A program made the position numbers and the translations under genes. Shown in pieces: positions 11,789-24,689 of a stretch of DNA of 64,000 bases. Location of the stretch: assembly GCF_046119375.1 (NCBI RefSeq), contig NW_027362773.1:213838001-213902000 (forward strand), given 5' to 3'. The notes under the pieces were generated by a model, which was not told the origin of the DNA, did no database searches, and saw nothing but the letters and a program-made list of their open reading frames with translations. Position 1 is the first letter of the stretch. The number at the start of each line of letters is the position of its first letter. The stretch comes from Phyllobates terribilis (taxonomy: Eukaryota).

Positions 11789-14700
11789 CTGTAAAGAAGA
11801 CAATACAGATTATTCCTCTGCCCTGATCTCCAGAATCCAAATGTTTTGCAATTCAATTGGTGAAAAATTGTTCCAAACAGGAGCCGACCGGCCACCATTT
11901 TGCTGGATTCAAGAGCGCCAGGAAGGGGATAAGAAACTAAATTCTTAATGAATCGCTCAGCTTCTCACTAGGTCGTTCTGGACTTTGGCATTTCCGGCTC
12001 TGTATGTGTTGTAAAGGGTATGAAGACCTTTGCAACCAATGTTCTCATGTTGCTCCAAACTTTTGTGTGTCTACAGCTCCTCTGCAAACCTTTTGACTCA
12101 AATTTTGATGCAAATTCTACATGCAATAGATAATGTTTCCAAAGATGGGGGACGATATATACCAGGAAGGGGCCCAGTATGGGGGGAAATGTTATAACAT
12201 GGGGCAGGGGATGGGGACATTATTAGTGGAAGGGGCTCAAGATGGGGAAAAAACAATATAACATGGGACCCAGGATGGGGACATTATTAGCGGAAGGGGC
12301 CCAGGATGGGGACATTATTACTGGAAGGGGCCCAGGATGGGGGAAAAAAAAAGATATACCATGGGGCCCAGGATGGGGACATTATTACTGGAAAGGACTC
12401 AGGATGGGGGGGGGGGAATTATTACAATAACCAGGATGGATGACATTACTACAGGGGGAGCAAACACGCATGTCTTTATAGGATCTAGATTGCTACAAGG
12501 GCCAATACATCAGATGGGGGTCCAGGTCCAAATTTTGCACTGGGGTCCATCGGACTCGTTACGTCACTGCTGTCTAGCCCTTTAAATGAGAAACAAGTTG
12601 ATCCTTTTATAATCCCAAAATGAAACTCCAGCAGCGAGGTTTTTCAACAACCAGTCAACCAACAAGTGGAGAGTGGGGCTAGGCGGGCAATACTGCGCGA
12701 GGATGAGAAGCTGTAAGTGCACCGTCACACCCTATTGCACCACCAGACACACATCAAAGTGCTTTTTCTCACTGCTGGAGCACCGCTTTGGGGGTCATAA
12801 AAAGATCAGATGGTTTATCTTTTAAAGGGCTCCATAGTCATACAAATGGTAGAAGTTTCTGAGAGATTCTCTTTAAGTCTATGAAAATAAAACACAAATG
12901 AAAGGATAAAAACGGCAAGGGATTGAAACAAAGTATATGACAACGCTGCATAACTTTTAAAAGGAGATATCTGGGACTTTGTAAAATAAAAAAAATCCAT
13001 TGCTATGGATTTTGCAGTAAAAACAAAGAACGTACAAGGAGTCTCTGCTACTTACATAAGTAACTTCTCCAGTTCCCGAGTCACTTTTCCTATAACAGGG
13101 GGTCCTTGATAAGTAAGAGCAGTGTACAGCTGAACGAGCGAGGCCCCGGCACGGATCTTCTGCAGAGCGTCTGACCCACAGCTGATTCCCCCTACGCCAA
13201 CGATAGGAACTTGGCCTGAGCGAGAAAGACAACGTCAGCTTCTTGTAGGAGCCAGAAATGTCCGGCGTATAACCAGATTCATCCCTCGGTCTCACCTGAG
13301 GTCAATGCATACATTTCTCTAATAGTCTGTGTAGACAGATCTCGTAGAGGAGCTCCGCTTAATCCACCCGCCTCTATGCTACAAGGGTCCTTCAGTGTTG
13401 CGGGGCGGCTAACTGTTGTGTTGGTGACTATCAGACCCTCTATGCTGAGCTGCAGACAGAAGAGTGGTTAATATATATATATATCCCATGACAACATACA
13501 TTAGAGTAAGGGCATGATCACCGCACCTCAGTCACTACAGCGGCAATGTCTTCTTTATCACTTAGGCACAGATCGGGCGCTATCTTCACAAGTATTGCAG
13601 GCCGGTGTTCATAGGGCAGCGAATTCCGAGCGTTTATTACCTGTAATGAAGACATCGGATACTTAGATTTCTGTACCGCTACTTTTAAGTGTCAAGACTA
13701 AAAAAGCTGCATTGAAAGCCACACCTAGATAATAAAGCATCCCTAATTATAAATATATCTTGCTAATCCAAAAAGTTACAATTATCTATCCGTATATGGA
13801 GAACACTGGTGGTATAAGGTATAAACATGCCAAACACGCTGACTGCGGATCAGAATTGTTAGAAGAGAACGTCATCCACTTTATGTCGCCCGAACCATGG
13901 GGTAAGAGAAGCCCAGAGGGCGGACCCGGGGGAAAAATAAAAAAGGAGGAGAAGCCCAGAGGACGGACCCGGGGGAAAAATAAAAAAGGAGGAGAAGCCC
14001 AGAGGACGGACCCGGGGGAAAAATAAAAAAGGAGGAGAAGCCCAGAGGGCGGACCCGGGGGAAAAATAAAAAAGGAGGAGAAGCCCAGAGGGCGGAAGGT
14101 GGGCCAGTGTGGGTGGGCCTTGGGAAGGAAAGGGGGCGTGGGGGGAGAAGGCCAGAGGTTGGGAGGCCAAAGGGTAGGCCGAAAGAAAAAAGGCCAGGGC
14201 GGGGGCTCAGGAGTAGGCAAAGCATAGGGTGGGGACACTGTCTCCTGGCTTCTCTCTTGCTGACTTGGCTTTGTTCACAAATCTCTCTGTAAATACAAAT
14301 GGAGGTCCTGTCAATCGAATTCAGCTCGGCAGGAGAAACTGGAAGGAGCCTTTCAGCAGACATCACGCTGTTCCCAGCTTGTTATTCAAGCCATGTTTTA
14401 TCCAAAATTCTTAAGCGTCTCAGAGTAAAACAAAGCTTTATATAACAAGGGACCAGTCTGGAGCTGGAGAGCATGGAGCGGCTGTCAGGTTCCCTTTACA
14501 ATCTACTTCATACCTTGGCCAGCAGATGGTGCAGCTGCTCTCTGCCCTGAAGAGCTCTCAGTCCGGGGGTATTCGGGCTCGACACGTTGATAACCAGGTA
14601 GTCAGCCAGGGGTCCGAGTTCACGCACTCCCCTTGTGTAATCAGCAACTGCGTTTTCTGATATTTTATTCTTTCCCAGATTTACACCCAGTGGCATTCCC

Positions 14701-17700
14701 TCTGGAAAAAAGCACAGCATATTCTTTGCTTAATTACTTCCTTTCCAGAATTAAATCAGAATGTTAACTTGTAAAATTTGGCACTGAAAAAAAAAAAAAA
14801 AAAAAATCAAGCTGCAATCTTGAGTAACTTGCACTGCTCTCTGCAGAAAACAAATTCAGAACTTTACTTTATACATGATTGAAGAAGAAAAATAACCATG
14901 AGGAAAACAGGACAAAAATATGTGGAATTAATTGTAAATTGTTGTTAGTCGTCAGATAGAAAAAAAAAAAAAAAGGCTAACCAGCAGTCAGGGTCTTCTG
15001 CTTCTCTGCCCTCCGCAGCAGCCGGCGGCGGACCACCGCTATACCGTGACTGTTAAATCCATATCTGGAAAATAACAAAGATTATCTAATTTTTCACGTT
15101 ATTTTCTGAAGATGAAAATGTCACACCGGACCTATCCCTGGGATTTTTTTTCATTTCCACAATGCCATGGATGCATGCTGCTCGTACTACTGTAAGCAGA
15201 CTGTGTGACCTGAATGTGCTCCCATGGCTGCAGAGTCTCCGAACTTGACTCCCATCAAGCACATCTGGAACGTCATTAAACAGGAGCTGCCAGCAGCGGA
15301 TCTTGATGATTTTTCTACCCAAGTGCATTCAGCAGCAGAACATTCATCAGACAACTCACTGATAGCAGCCGAGTTTCTGTGTGCGGCGCTCATACCCCAT
15401 AGTTAAGGACTCATACAAACGGTGGAGACTGGCGCGGACTAATGGGAGTTTGGACGCTAATGAATAAAGTGAAATCGCTCGTCACCTGTTAATAATGGCC
15501 TTGTCTTCAGGAAGGCGAAACACTCTGGGCTTCTGGTTTCCTTCCTGGGGGTTGGGGGTGACACTTCCGATTTCTACAAAACCAAAGCCCATTTTGAAGA
15601 GTCCATCTACAGCCTCTGCGTGCTTATCAAACCCGGCAGCCAGGCCCACTGGGTTTCGGAACTTGTGACCTAGTACTGTTGTCTCCTAGGAGGAAGAAAA
15701 TAAAAAAAAGTTTGGGTTAGAAGATGGAAGTTGACTACTATGATGACTCCTTCAAATAAAGTTTACTGCAGCAACCAATCACATTCTTGAATTAAATCTG
15801 TGGCTCTCTCCGTTGCAAAACTAACACTCCTGGCACACTAAGAGTTGTCATTTTGCAAAAGATAAAGCAACATGCTGCCTTAGTATGTTGGGTCATTAAA
15901 CGGGTTAGCATGGTGGAAAACAAACCTAAACACCCCAGAATGGTGTGGAGTATGGGTTGAACTCAGCACTGTGGTTCACACCATACTCTTGGCATCAACA
16001 TTTGGCTACATGAACACTGCAGCCAATCAGCACCTGCTGATCGGTTGCAGCATTCACATTTAATCTGAGCGAAAGAAACATTCGAGACTGGCGGGAAATA
16101 CAGTGCAAAGTACAGAGGAGCAGCGCCATTCAATACGGGATGTTAAGAAATGGATTTTCCTTTTAACAAGACCTTGTCAATAAAAAATACCCCAACGGAC
16201 TGAGGAATCATGCATCTTATTTTTTGCATAACTACAACTCCGAGCATTCGTGTACATACCAGATGTTGGGAGTTATGCTGCGCACATCGTGGGACGAGTC
16301 CAAGAGCCGCACACTTTATGGACAATGTGTGCGCCCATTCAGGTGATATCACTTTCTGCAATGCCGGCATCAACCATTCTGCATAGAAATGTTCATCCCC
16401 TTGAACAGTAAGAAGGGAGGAAAAGAGGAAACCTCCACCGCCCAGGATAACCAGAGCATCCTTCAACCGGCGCTGAAACAGAGGGAAAAAGAAGAGGATT
16501 AGTTTAGAGAACCTTTAAAGCTGGAAGTTGGGGTTCAGCGTCTCTAAACCCTGGCAATTATCTGTTGCTTCAACATCCGTGTAAAACCGCCTGAGCACAG
16601 AGTGGCTGTAAGTCTCCGGACCATTTACTCCAAGATGTCTACATATCTTAAAGGGCTTGTCCAGGGTCGCTCTCTTCCCCATCGCCAATAATGTTGCATC
16701 TACAGAGACCTGCAAGTGTACGCTCCAATGCTAAAGTAAGACAAACCCTTCAATATTGCATATGAATCATAACATCTCTTAAAGGGATTGTCCAATTTGG
16801 GGGACAATATTCATTTAATAGGCGCTAAATATAATTTTTGCAATTGGGTTTCATAAAAGTTTTATTTTTTTTGCACCGTTGCCTTCCACAGCCTCTGCGT
16901 TGTAATGTCCATTACTGACCGCAGAGTGAGTGAACTGAAAAACAGTCAAGGAGCTCATTCAGATTGAACGAAAGGGAGTTAGTAACTCTTTAAATCGGTC
17001 TTTTTCTGAACTATTCTCAATCGATTGGTGACCACAGACCACATCACAGCCTGGAAATGCAAAACTGGTGAAAAATTTATAATGAAACCCTAATGCAAAA
17101 ATTATTTTTAGCCCCAAATACATGCATTTAAAGTTAAAAATATATATTAGGCCTCTTTCACACGTCCGTGTTTCGAGTACGTGTGGTGACAGTTTCCACA
17201 AGTACTGGAGACACTTACACACATAGACCCATTCAAATGAATGGGCCTGTGCACATCTCAGTGTGTTGTCACGGACCGTGTGTCTGTGGGCAAAATCTGC
17301 TGACATGTCCGTTTTTTTGCACGCCGCACAAAGTCCAACACACATGCACACTGATGACACCCGTGTGTCATCAGTGTGACACGTACCGGCGTCTGGGAAT
17401 CAGAGGTACAGTTTGTGCTGTTCCCAAGCACCGGGTGCTGGAGGCAAGTCTCATCATTGTCCCCTGCCGGCACTGAGATCAGCGTCAGCAAGGGACAATG
17501 TTAAGAGCAGTATTCTGCTCCTGCTGTGGCTAGCAAGTGTAAAATAAGAATAAAATAAAATAAATAATACTCACCTTTACACCTAATTCCCTGAAGCCAT
17601 TGTTCCTTGTAACAAAGAAATAAGATAAAACCATAAATACTCACCTGTCCGACATACTGTCCCAAGCTGTAATCCATCTGACCGACATTTCTTCATCAGC

Positions 17701-18874
17701 GTCTGCGGTGGCTTGAGGCGACCGCACACACTGAGGACTAAGGGAGAATTTACTCGCTGAAGCGAGCAGGCCCCTGACCTGTGCTGAGCTCAGTGAAAGG
17801 ACATCACTCCGTGTAGGTCAGGGGCTCGCTCGCTGAAGCGAGTCATTCTCCTCTGCTCCTCAGCGTGTGCGGTCACCTCAAGCCACCGCAGACGCTGATG
17901 AAGAAATGTCGGTCAGATGGATTACAGTGTGGGACACAGTTCGTCTTTGGACAGGTGAGTATAAGGATTGATTTATTTTATTCTTATTTTTACACTAGGA
18001 GACAGAGGAGTGGGAGCAGACACTACTACTCTCAACATTGTCCCCTGCTGGTGTTGATCTCAGCGCCAGCAGGGAACAATGATGAGGGCAGGATTCAGCA
18101 CCCAACGCTTGGGAACAGCGCGAACTGTACCGCTGATTCCCAGGCGCCGATACGCATGATACTGATGTGGCACACACATCATACACACGGACCTCTCCGG
18201 TACCGTTTTTTTTCCAGTACCAGAAATATCCGGACGTGTTAAAGAGCCCTTACATGGTGAGATCCAAATAACAGGGGAGGCCTAAGAGATATATAGGTTA
18301 AAAAAAAAATTAAATTATATATGTATATTAGATTAAAAACAAATATATAAAAGAAAAAATATAAAAGATTAAAATATTTTTTTTTTATTATTATTATTTT
18401 TATCTTTAATATATTTAAGTTTTTATCTTTTTTTTTTTATATATATTTTTTAAAAGGAGTCATCCATCTTTGCAAACAATAGTTGTCCCCGAAAGTGAAC
18501 GATGCCTTCAAAAAAAAGGTAAAAAAAATAAATAGATTTTTTTTTTTTTTTTTTTTTTTAAAGGGGTCATTCACTTCTGGAGACAAATATTGTTGTCCAA
18601 GGTGGATTACTCCATTAAAAAAAATAAATAAAATATATATATCTTAGGCATTCTGCACCTGGGGGAAAAAAACTGCAGAACTTTTCAGTTGTATTTGCAT
18701 CCAGCCAGGATGCTCCCCTCTAAATGGTAACTGTAAAGACTACATGTCCCAGCATGCCCTGTCAGCCAGCACTCGCTGGCACCTGTGGTTCTTCCATGAC
18801 AGTAACGCCTCTATCCCCTGTGTCTGCAGAGCGCGGACAGAACGCGCTGTTACCTTCACGTGGGCTCCCAGCAT
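11704..18874 (-). CDS. DHODH: Dihydroorotate dehydrogenase (quinone), mitochondrial; 9 coding exons, 1218 nt, 405 aa
   Basis: Join(18874-18854,16472-16260,15685-15486,15064-14982,14701-14514,13640-13527,13449-13296,13215-13056,11788-11704). All introns are GT-AG and the frame is continuous. Class-2 DHODH motifs: [72 protein letters not shown]. Confidence 0.98.
12140..12450. repeat. Degenerate repeat of about 30 bp (GGGGCCCAGGATGGGGACATTAT) in DHODH intron 8
   Basis: Directly visible repeats. Confidence 0.7.
13056..13215 (-). CDS. DHODH: DHODH exon 8 (160 nt)
   Basis: ctcag|[34 protein letters not shown]...LL|gtaagt. Confidence 0.97.
13296..13449 (-). CDS. DHODH: DHODH exon 7 (154 nt)
   Basis: tgcag|[16 protein letters not shown]...[24 protein letters not shown]|gtgag. 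Confidence 0.97.
13527..13640 (-). CDS. DHODH: DHODH exon 6 (114 nt)
   Basis: tacag|[38 protein letters not shown]|gtgcg. Confidence 0.97.
13906..14096. repeat. 43-bp tandem repeat x4.4 in DHODH intron 5
   Basis: GAGAAGCCC starts at 13906, 13949, 13992, 14035 and 14078. Confidence 0.95.
14514..14701 (-). CDS. DHODH: DHODH exon 5 (188 nt; catalytic Ser loop)
   Basis: tccag|[13 protein letters not shown]...[15 protein letters not shown]...LAK|gtatga. Confidence 0.98.
14982..15064 (-). CDS. DHODH: DHODH exon 4 (83 nt)
   Basis: tccag|[27 protein letters not shown]|gttag. Confidence 0.96.
15090..15300 (+). mobile_element. Small Tc1 fragment in DHODH intron 3
   Basis: [14 protein letters not shown] resembles the Tc1 WPxxSPDLNPIEHxW motif. 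Confidence 0.55.
15486..15685 (-). CDS. DHODH: DHODH exon 3 (200 nt)
   Basis: cctag|[28 protein letters not shown]...[14 protein letters not shown]|gtgac. Confidence 0.98.
16260..16472 (-). CDS. DHODH: DHODH exon 2 (213 nt; transmembrane anchor and ubiquinone-binding helices)
   Basis: ttcag|[14 protein letters not shown]...GDEHFYAE...HL|gtatgt. Confidence 0.97.
17149..18250. mobile_element. Large palindromic MITE in DHODH intron 1
   Basis: AGGCCTCTTTCACACGTCCG...CGGACGTGTTAAAGAGCCCT; fold-back centred at about 17800. Confidence 0.8.
18452..18617. repeat. Short fold-back element with a polyA/polyT centre
   Basis: GGAGTCATCCATC...GGTGGATTACTCC imperfect inverted arms. Confidence 0.6.
18854..18874 (-). 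CDS. DHODH: DHODH exon 1 (MLGAHVK)
   Basis: ATGCTGGGAGCCCACGTGAAG|gtaaca; 21 nt, matching the 7-codon first exon recalled for human DHODH. Confidence 0.92.
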
Positions 18875-18939
18875 CTTCACTTCCGGCAGAAAGCTAGGAT
18901 TGCGCCGCGTGACCGGATGTTATGTCTCCCCGCGCCGCC

Positions 18940-18946
18940 ATGTTAG
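18940..18946 (+). CDS. Candidate upstream coding micro-exon (ATG TTA G) of the PKD1L gene
   Basis: gccgccATGTTAG|gtaagg; splices in frame to the acceptor at 26554 (ctgtag|TGTGG), giving MLVWIRMTILQ... Confidence 0.4.
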
Positions 18947-19245
18947 GTAAGGGCAAGGAGTCCTGGTAGGGCAGTTGTGCTTACTGGCTAGCTTCTATTT
19001 TTTTTTTCTCATTTTGCCTTTAGAAGAAATATTTTGTATAAAAAGAAGCACAAACTGAAAATGTGAGAAATTTATTTCTTCCTCTTTGGCAAAATAATTA
19101 CAGTGTGTTAGTTTGCATCGAGGCGTCCGTTTTCTTTGCATAGGAGAAAAAAATTGACCATTTTTTGCCCGATTTTCATCCATTTTTGGAGGCGGACCTG
19201 CATCTAATAATTGTATGTGGTGTGAAGCGCCGTCTGTGATTGGTA

Positions 19246-20240
19246 ACCTCTTAAATGCCGCTCTCAAACGCTGACAGCCTCTTTAACAGCGCGCCGATGT
19301 GGGGGAGCACCATTCCATGCACCCATTGACGCGGTCGTGACGTGATTGTGGGTCGCCTTGACAGCCGGCGGTCTGTTGAAGACCTCAGTGCTTGGCATTA
19401 TGGAGGTCCCTTTAACCCTAGCCTTTATAGGAGACCATGATTTTTACTGTATACAGCAGTGCTGTATATAACACAAGCGATCAGGCGATCACATCGTCAA
19501 GTCCCCTATGTACTAATAAATACAGTGAGAAGTAAAAAAAATGTTTTAAAAAAAAAATGAAAAAAAATCATGCCCCATTCAACATAAAAATAATTTTAAA
19601 AAAAATACACATACGTGGCATCAAAGCATTCAGAAGAGTCCGATCTATCAAAATATAAAAATGATTAACCCGATCGGTAAACACCATAAACGGAAAGACT
19701 TCAAGAACGCCAAAATTACATTTGTTTGGTCGCTGCAATACCACAAAAAATGCTGTAACAAGTGATCAAAGCGTCACATCCATCTCAAAATGGTATCAAT
19801 AAAAACGTCGTCTCGCCCCACAAAAAAATAAGCTGCCACACAGCTCTATCGACCAAAAAATGAAAACGTTACGGGTCTTAGAAAATGGCAACACAACCCA
19901 AAAAAAGTTTTTCACTAAAATAATAAAAATACCGGACATGTTGGGTATCACCGTAATCGTACTGATGAGGAGAATCATACTGCAAGGTCATTCTTTCACC
20001 GTAAAAACAATTCCCTAAAAAAATCCCTAAAAAAAAAATAGCGTTTTTTTTTTTCACAATTTCTCCCCACTTGGAATTTTTTTTCCCGTTTTCCAGTTCA
20101 CTATGTGGTAAAATGAACGGTGTCATTCAAAAGTACAACTCGTCCCGGAAAAAAACAATCCCTCATATGTCTATATTGAAAGAAAAATAAAAAAGTTATG
20201 GCTCTGAGAAAATACGGAAAATGGTCGCATCGTGAAGGGG
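19246..20240 (-). mobile_element. Non-autonomous piggyBac-like element (left boundary approximate)
   Basis: Ends GAAGGGG|TTAA; shares family blocks. Confidence 0.65.
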
Positions 20241-20655
20241 TTAACCAAGAATGATGGAAAAATGCTCCAAAAGACGTTTTTTAAACTTTCCCTCGACTTG
20301 TATTGTAAAAGTACAGAGCGTCTTCCAAGCGGAAATGGCAGAAGAATCGACAGGTCACTTCTTTTATCCACTTGGCGTTTTTAGAAACGTAATTTAAAGA
20401 TGTTCAGTAGCACAGCGAGTCATTTTAAGATATATTTTTTTGCTGTCTATTATTTTGAGTTTTTTCTGTTGCATTTTTTAGGTGGTTTTTACCTGAAGAA
20501 GATGTTGTGTGACCCTTTTGAAGCATTTTGGAAGACTTTTTTGCAGCCTTTTGTTTGGACAGTGCCTTAGTTTGGAGCGTTTTATATTAGGAGCCGCTTC
20601 AAAGAAGTAACATCCACTTTCTTCTTTACCACCAGGGATTTTTCAATATCTTAAG

Positions 20656-21847
20656 TGACGCGCCCCCTGGGCCATATTCAGGGGATACCCGGAGCCGGAT
20701 CTGGATAGGGGTAGTAGTCCTTGTGGCGGTGACCCGGTCCGTGCCCAGGGTGTCAAACTAAGTGACAGTCTATGGCAGTAGATGTTAATTTGATCGACTA
20801 CGCCACCCGTTGAGTGCGGCTTTGAAGCCGCCGCTGCAGAGCAGTCCGCTGAGGCCGGTGGTATATGTGCAGCAGTGATGGTATAACCCCCAACGGGAGG
20901 GGTATGGCCTCAGGGCAGCAGGTGTGGATGATGGGTGTAGTTATGTTGTAGAAAGGAGAGTCAGAGACTTGAGGTGCAGTTTCAGGGTTTTTACTCACGG
21001 TTGTTCTCTCAGTCACTCTGGCCTTGAGTGACCACCCGAGCCGTGCTGCGTCCACCAGGTCCTGGACTCGGCTAACCCCCAGGCAGTTCTGGAGCGTGGT
21101 CCTGAGCTCCCTTTCTCTCTCTCTGTCTCTGGCCATTCCCACCAGGGATCCACCTTTGGCCGGCTCCCTCGGGTCTCTTGGTGGTCAAACCTCCTCTGGA
21201 TTCCCTGACCCTATGCTTGGTGTGCCTTTCTGGTGGATTTGGTGAGGGTCGTGGCAAATCTTGCCCACGACCTCCGGTTCCTGGCTGAGGATAAGTGGCC
21301 TCCACCAGTTCGGGTTCCGGTACCCGTGTCCGCCAACCCTTCACCCTTTTTGGTCTGATTCTGGGTTCTTAGGGTTCCCTCTGATCTTCCACTCTGGGCC
21401 TTTCTTTCTCCTCTCTCCTCTGCAGGCTTGGCTCTGGAGCTGGGCCCAACTGGAGCCACAGCTCCCAGTCAGCCCTCCTGGCTGAGCTCCCCTGCTAAAA
21501 AGACCCTGTCCTAAGATGGTGCCCACCATATATACTCCCTCTATGTGTGAGCCCAGGTGACTAGCACCCAATGAGCTCCTAGCTTTACCCAGAGTACTCC
21601 CCCTATCTGCCCCTACACTACTGGGATGTTCCACCCCCCTCCCACTCCAGCCAGGGACAGACGCTGTCGTACCTGCACATTTACTTGGTGGGAGTACCGT
21701 TGTTCTGTCCCCCGGAAATGGGATGTATGTAGTGCATGCAGCCTACTAAGCTCAGTTCCACACTCCATCCTTACCCGGGAGTGGAATACCACACCTCTGG
21801 CTTGAGGTGTAATACCCCTGTAGCAGCCGAATCCTCAGGGTGCTACA
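20656..21847 (-). mobile_element. Solo LTR (1192 bp), Ty3/Gypsy-like
   Basis: TG...CA termini with imperfect inverted ends (TGACGCGCCCC / GGGTGCTACA); 4-bp TSD TAAG on both sides; no internal coding region. Confidence 0.8.
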
Positions 21848-21924
21848 TAAGCATAAAAAAATGCTGAAAACAATGAACATATGGGCAGTAAAGTGGTTTT
21901 CAATGTGTTTCTATTTTCAACATG

Positions 21925-22709
21925 CCCTTTTACGACCTATGACGTATAGGTACGTCCAAGGTCTCCTCCCCCTGTTTGATGCAGGCTCCGGCAATGAGCC
22001 CGCATATTTTCAAGTTTTTAAAAATATAAAAAAAATGAATAAAATATAAAAGTTCAAATTCCCTCCCCCTTTCGCCCCATTCAAAATAAAATAAAAAAAT
22101 ACACATATTTGGTATCGCCGCGTTCAGAATCGCCCAATCTATCAAAAAGAATTAATCCGATCGGTAAATGGCATAACATAGCAATAAAATGCAATAACGG
22201 GTAATCAAAACATTGCGTCTATCCCAGAATGGTATCAATAAAAACGTCACCTCGGCGCGCAAATAATAAGCTCTCACCCAGCCATAGATCCCAAAAAATG
22301 GAGACGTTACGGGTCTCAGAAAATGGCGCTTTTTTTTTTTATAAATTTTGGATTTTTTTTCTCAAAATAAAGAAAAAAGAACTTATACATGTTTAGTGTC
22401 TACGAACTCTTAATGACCTGGAGAATCATAATGGAAGGTCAGTTTTAGCATTTAGTGAACATGGTAAAAAAAAATAACAACTGTGGAATTGTACTTTTTT
22501 TTGCAATTTCATTGCACTTGGAATTTTTAGCGTTTTCCAGTACACGATATGGTAAAATCAATGGTGTTGTTCAAAAGTACAACTCGTCCCGCAAAAAGCA
22601 AGCCCTCACATGGCCATATTGACAGAAAAATAAAACAGTTATGGCTCTGGGAAGAAGGGGAGGAAAAAGCGAAAACGCAAAAATGGAAAGACGCAAGGTG
22701 GTGAAGGGG
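21925..22709 (-). mobile_element. Non-autonomous piggyBac-like element
   Basis: CCCTTTTACGACC...GAAGGGG|TTAA. Confidence 0.7.
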
Positions 22710-23234
22710 TTAAGGCGTGTTCACACATTGCATTGAATTGAAATTTTTGCAAACCTCAGCTTGTGCATATGTCCTTAGCCCAAATCTTCTACTACTTGGT
22801 TGGATCTTTACTAGAAATGATATGTCCCCGAATAATCAAATGTTTTCAGTGCAATCAACGATAGCATCTACAAGACAAATAAATATCACAGGGCAACCCC
22901 ATCAGTCATGTGCGGTGCACTGTCCAGATAATCCTCTTGCAAATCAGAGGCCGGGTATTCAAATATCAGCAAACAGACACCGCAAATATAAGATGCCGTA
23001 ATGAGAGCGGCATGTGTGCCGAGAGCTGAGCAAACACACAGCACAAACATACCGCGCGCTAATGAGAACACGCAGCAAGCACGCGAGGCAAATGTACCGA
23101 CACTACAGATCAGCAATGTGAAATGTCCAATCTGTCTTCATTACCTGTCATTATCTAACTACACTGAATGGAGAAAAGTATCGGGCCCCACGTCTTAATC
23201 ATTGAATTCAAGTTTTTTATTCAGCCACATTGCC

Positions 23235-24380
23235 CCTGGTGAATAACATCCGGCCCCGCCCTCGGTGTATAACATTCAGCCCCTCGCCTCCCAATGTATA
23301 ACCACCGACCCCTTGCCCTCAGTGTATAACCTCCGGCCTCTCACCCCCTGTGTATAACCTCCAGCCCCTCGCCCCCAGTATATAACCTCCGGCCCCTCGC
23401 CCCCAAGTGTATAACCTCTGGCCTCTCACCCCCAGTGTATAACCACCTACCCCTTGCCCCCAGTGTATAACCACCGGCCCCTTGCCCCCAGTGTATAACC
23501 TCCGGCCTCTCACCCCCTGTGTATAACCACCTACCCCTTGCCCCCAGTGCATAACCACCGGCCCCTTGCCCCCAGTGTATAACCTCCGGCCTCTCACCCC
23601 CTGTGTATAACCTCCAGCCTCTCGCCCCCAGTGTATAACCTCCGGCCCCTCGCCCCCAGTATATAACCTCCGGCCCCTCGCCCCCAAGTGTATAACTTCT
23701 GGCCTCTCACCCCCAGTGTATAACCTCCGGCCCCTCGCCCTCGGTGTATAACATTCGGCTCCTTGCCTCCCAGTGTATAACCTCCAGCTCCTCGCCCCTG
23801 GTGTATAACATCCGGCCCCTCGTCCCCGGTGTATAACATCCAGCCCCTTGCCACCGGTGTATAACATCCAGCCCCTCGCCACCAGTGTATAACATCCGGC
23901 CCCTCCCTACCAGTATACAACTTCCGGCCCCTCGCCCCCGGTGTATAACATCCAGCCCCTCACCACCGGTGTATAACATCCAGCCCCTCGCCACCGGTGT
24001 ATAACATCCGGCCCCTCGCCCCCAGTGTATAACCTCCGGCCCCTCCCTCCCAGTGTATACAACTTCCGGCCCCTCGCCCCCGTTGTTTAACATTCAGCCC
24101 CTTGCCACCGGTGTATAACATCCAGCCCCTCGCCACCGGTGTATAACATCCGGCTCATCGCCACCGGTGTATAACATCCGGTCCCTCGCCCCCAGTGTAT
24201 AACCTCCGGCCCCTCCCTCCCAGTATACTACTTCCGGCCCCTCGCCCTCGGTGTATAACATTTGGCCCCTCGCCTCCCAGTTTATAACCTCCAGCTCCTC
24301 GCCCCCAATGTATAACATGCGGCCACTCGCCCCCAGTGTATAACTTCCGGCCCCTCACCCCCAGTATATAACTTCCGGCC
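23235..24380. repeat. About 30-31-bp minisatellite (CCAGTGTATAACCTCCGGCCCCTCGC..)n
   Basis: About 37 copies; source of the spurious ORFs at 23319-24394. Confidence 0.95.
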
Positions 24381-24689
24381 TCCTGCCATGCCATCTGCCT
24401 TTACTACCATGTGACAGAACGGCCGATGGTGCAGAGCTCACTGATACCAGCGCGGTCATGTAATAGGAGCCACCGGGGTAACAAGTCCATTCATGACATT
24501 TCTTCCTCCTGAATCTTCCCCCATCACACGTGAGTGAGGAAGGAGCCACAGAAACTCAGTCACGAAGTGCAGACCCTGTAACGTTACAGAGCGGGGGGCC
24601 GACTGCTGAGGAGCGGAGGGTAGAAAAGTTACCAACGCTCTGCTGACCCCATAACTGCGGAGTTCAGACGTCCTCTGATATTAACATCA

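Larger units (their letters stand above)
18780..18960. promoter_or_regulatory. CpG-rich DHODH promoter, probably bidirectional
   Basis: Local CpG/GC enrichment, ETS core CTTCCGG just 5' of the DHODH ATG, YY1-like CGCCGCCATGTT, and a divergent + strand ATG with donor gtaagg. Confidence 0.75.

Noticed and set aside
23001-23198. ORF containing VKCPICLHYL (RING-like start)
   Set aside because: Only one CxxC; the remaining RING ligands are absent and there are no supporting splice sites.
23319-24394. Gly/Arg-rich repetitive ORFs
   Set aside because: Minisatellite artefact.
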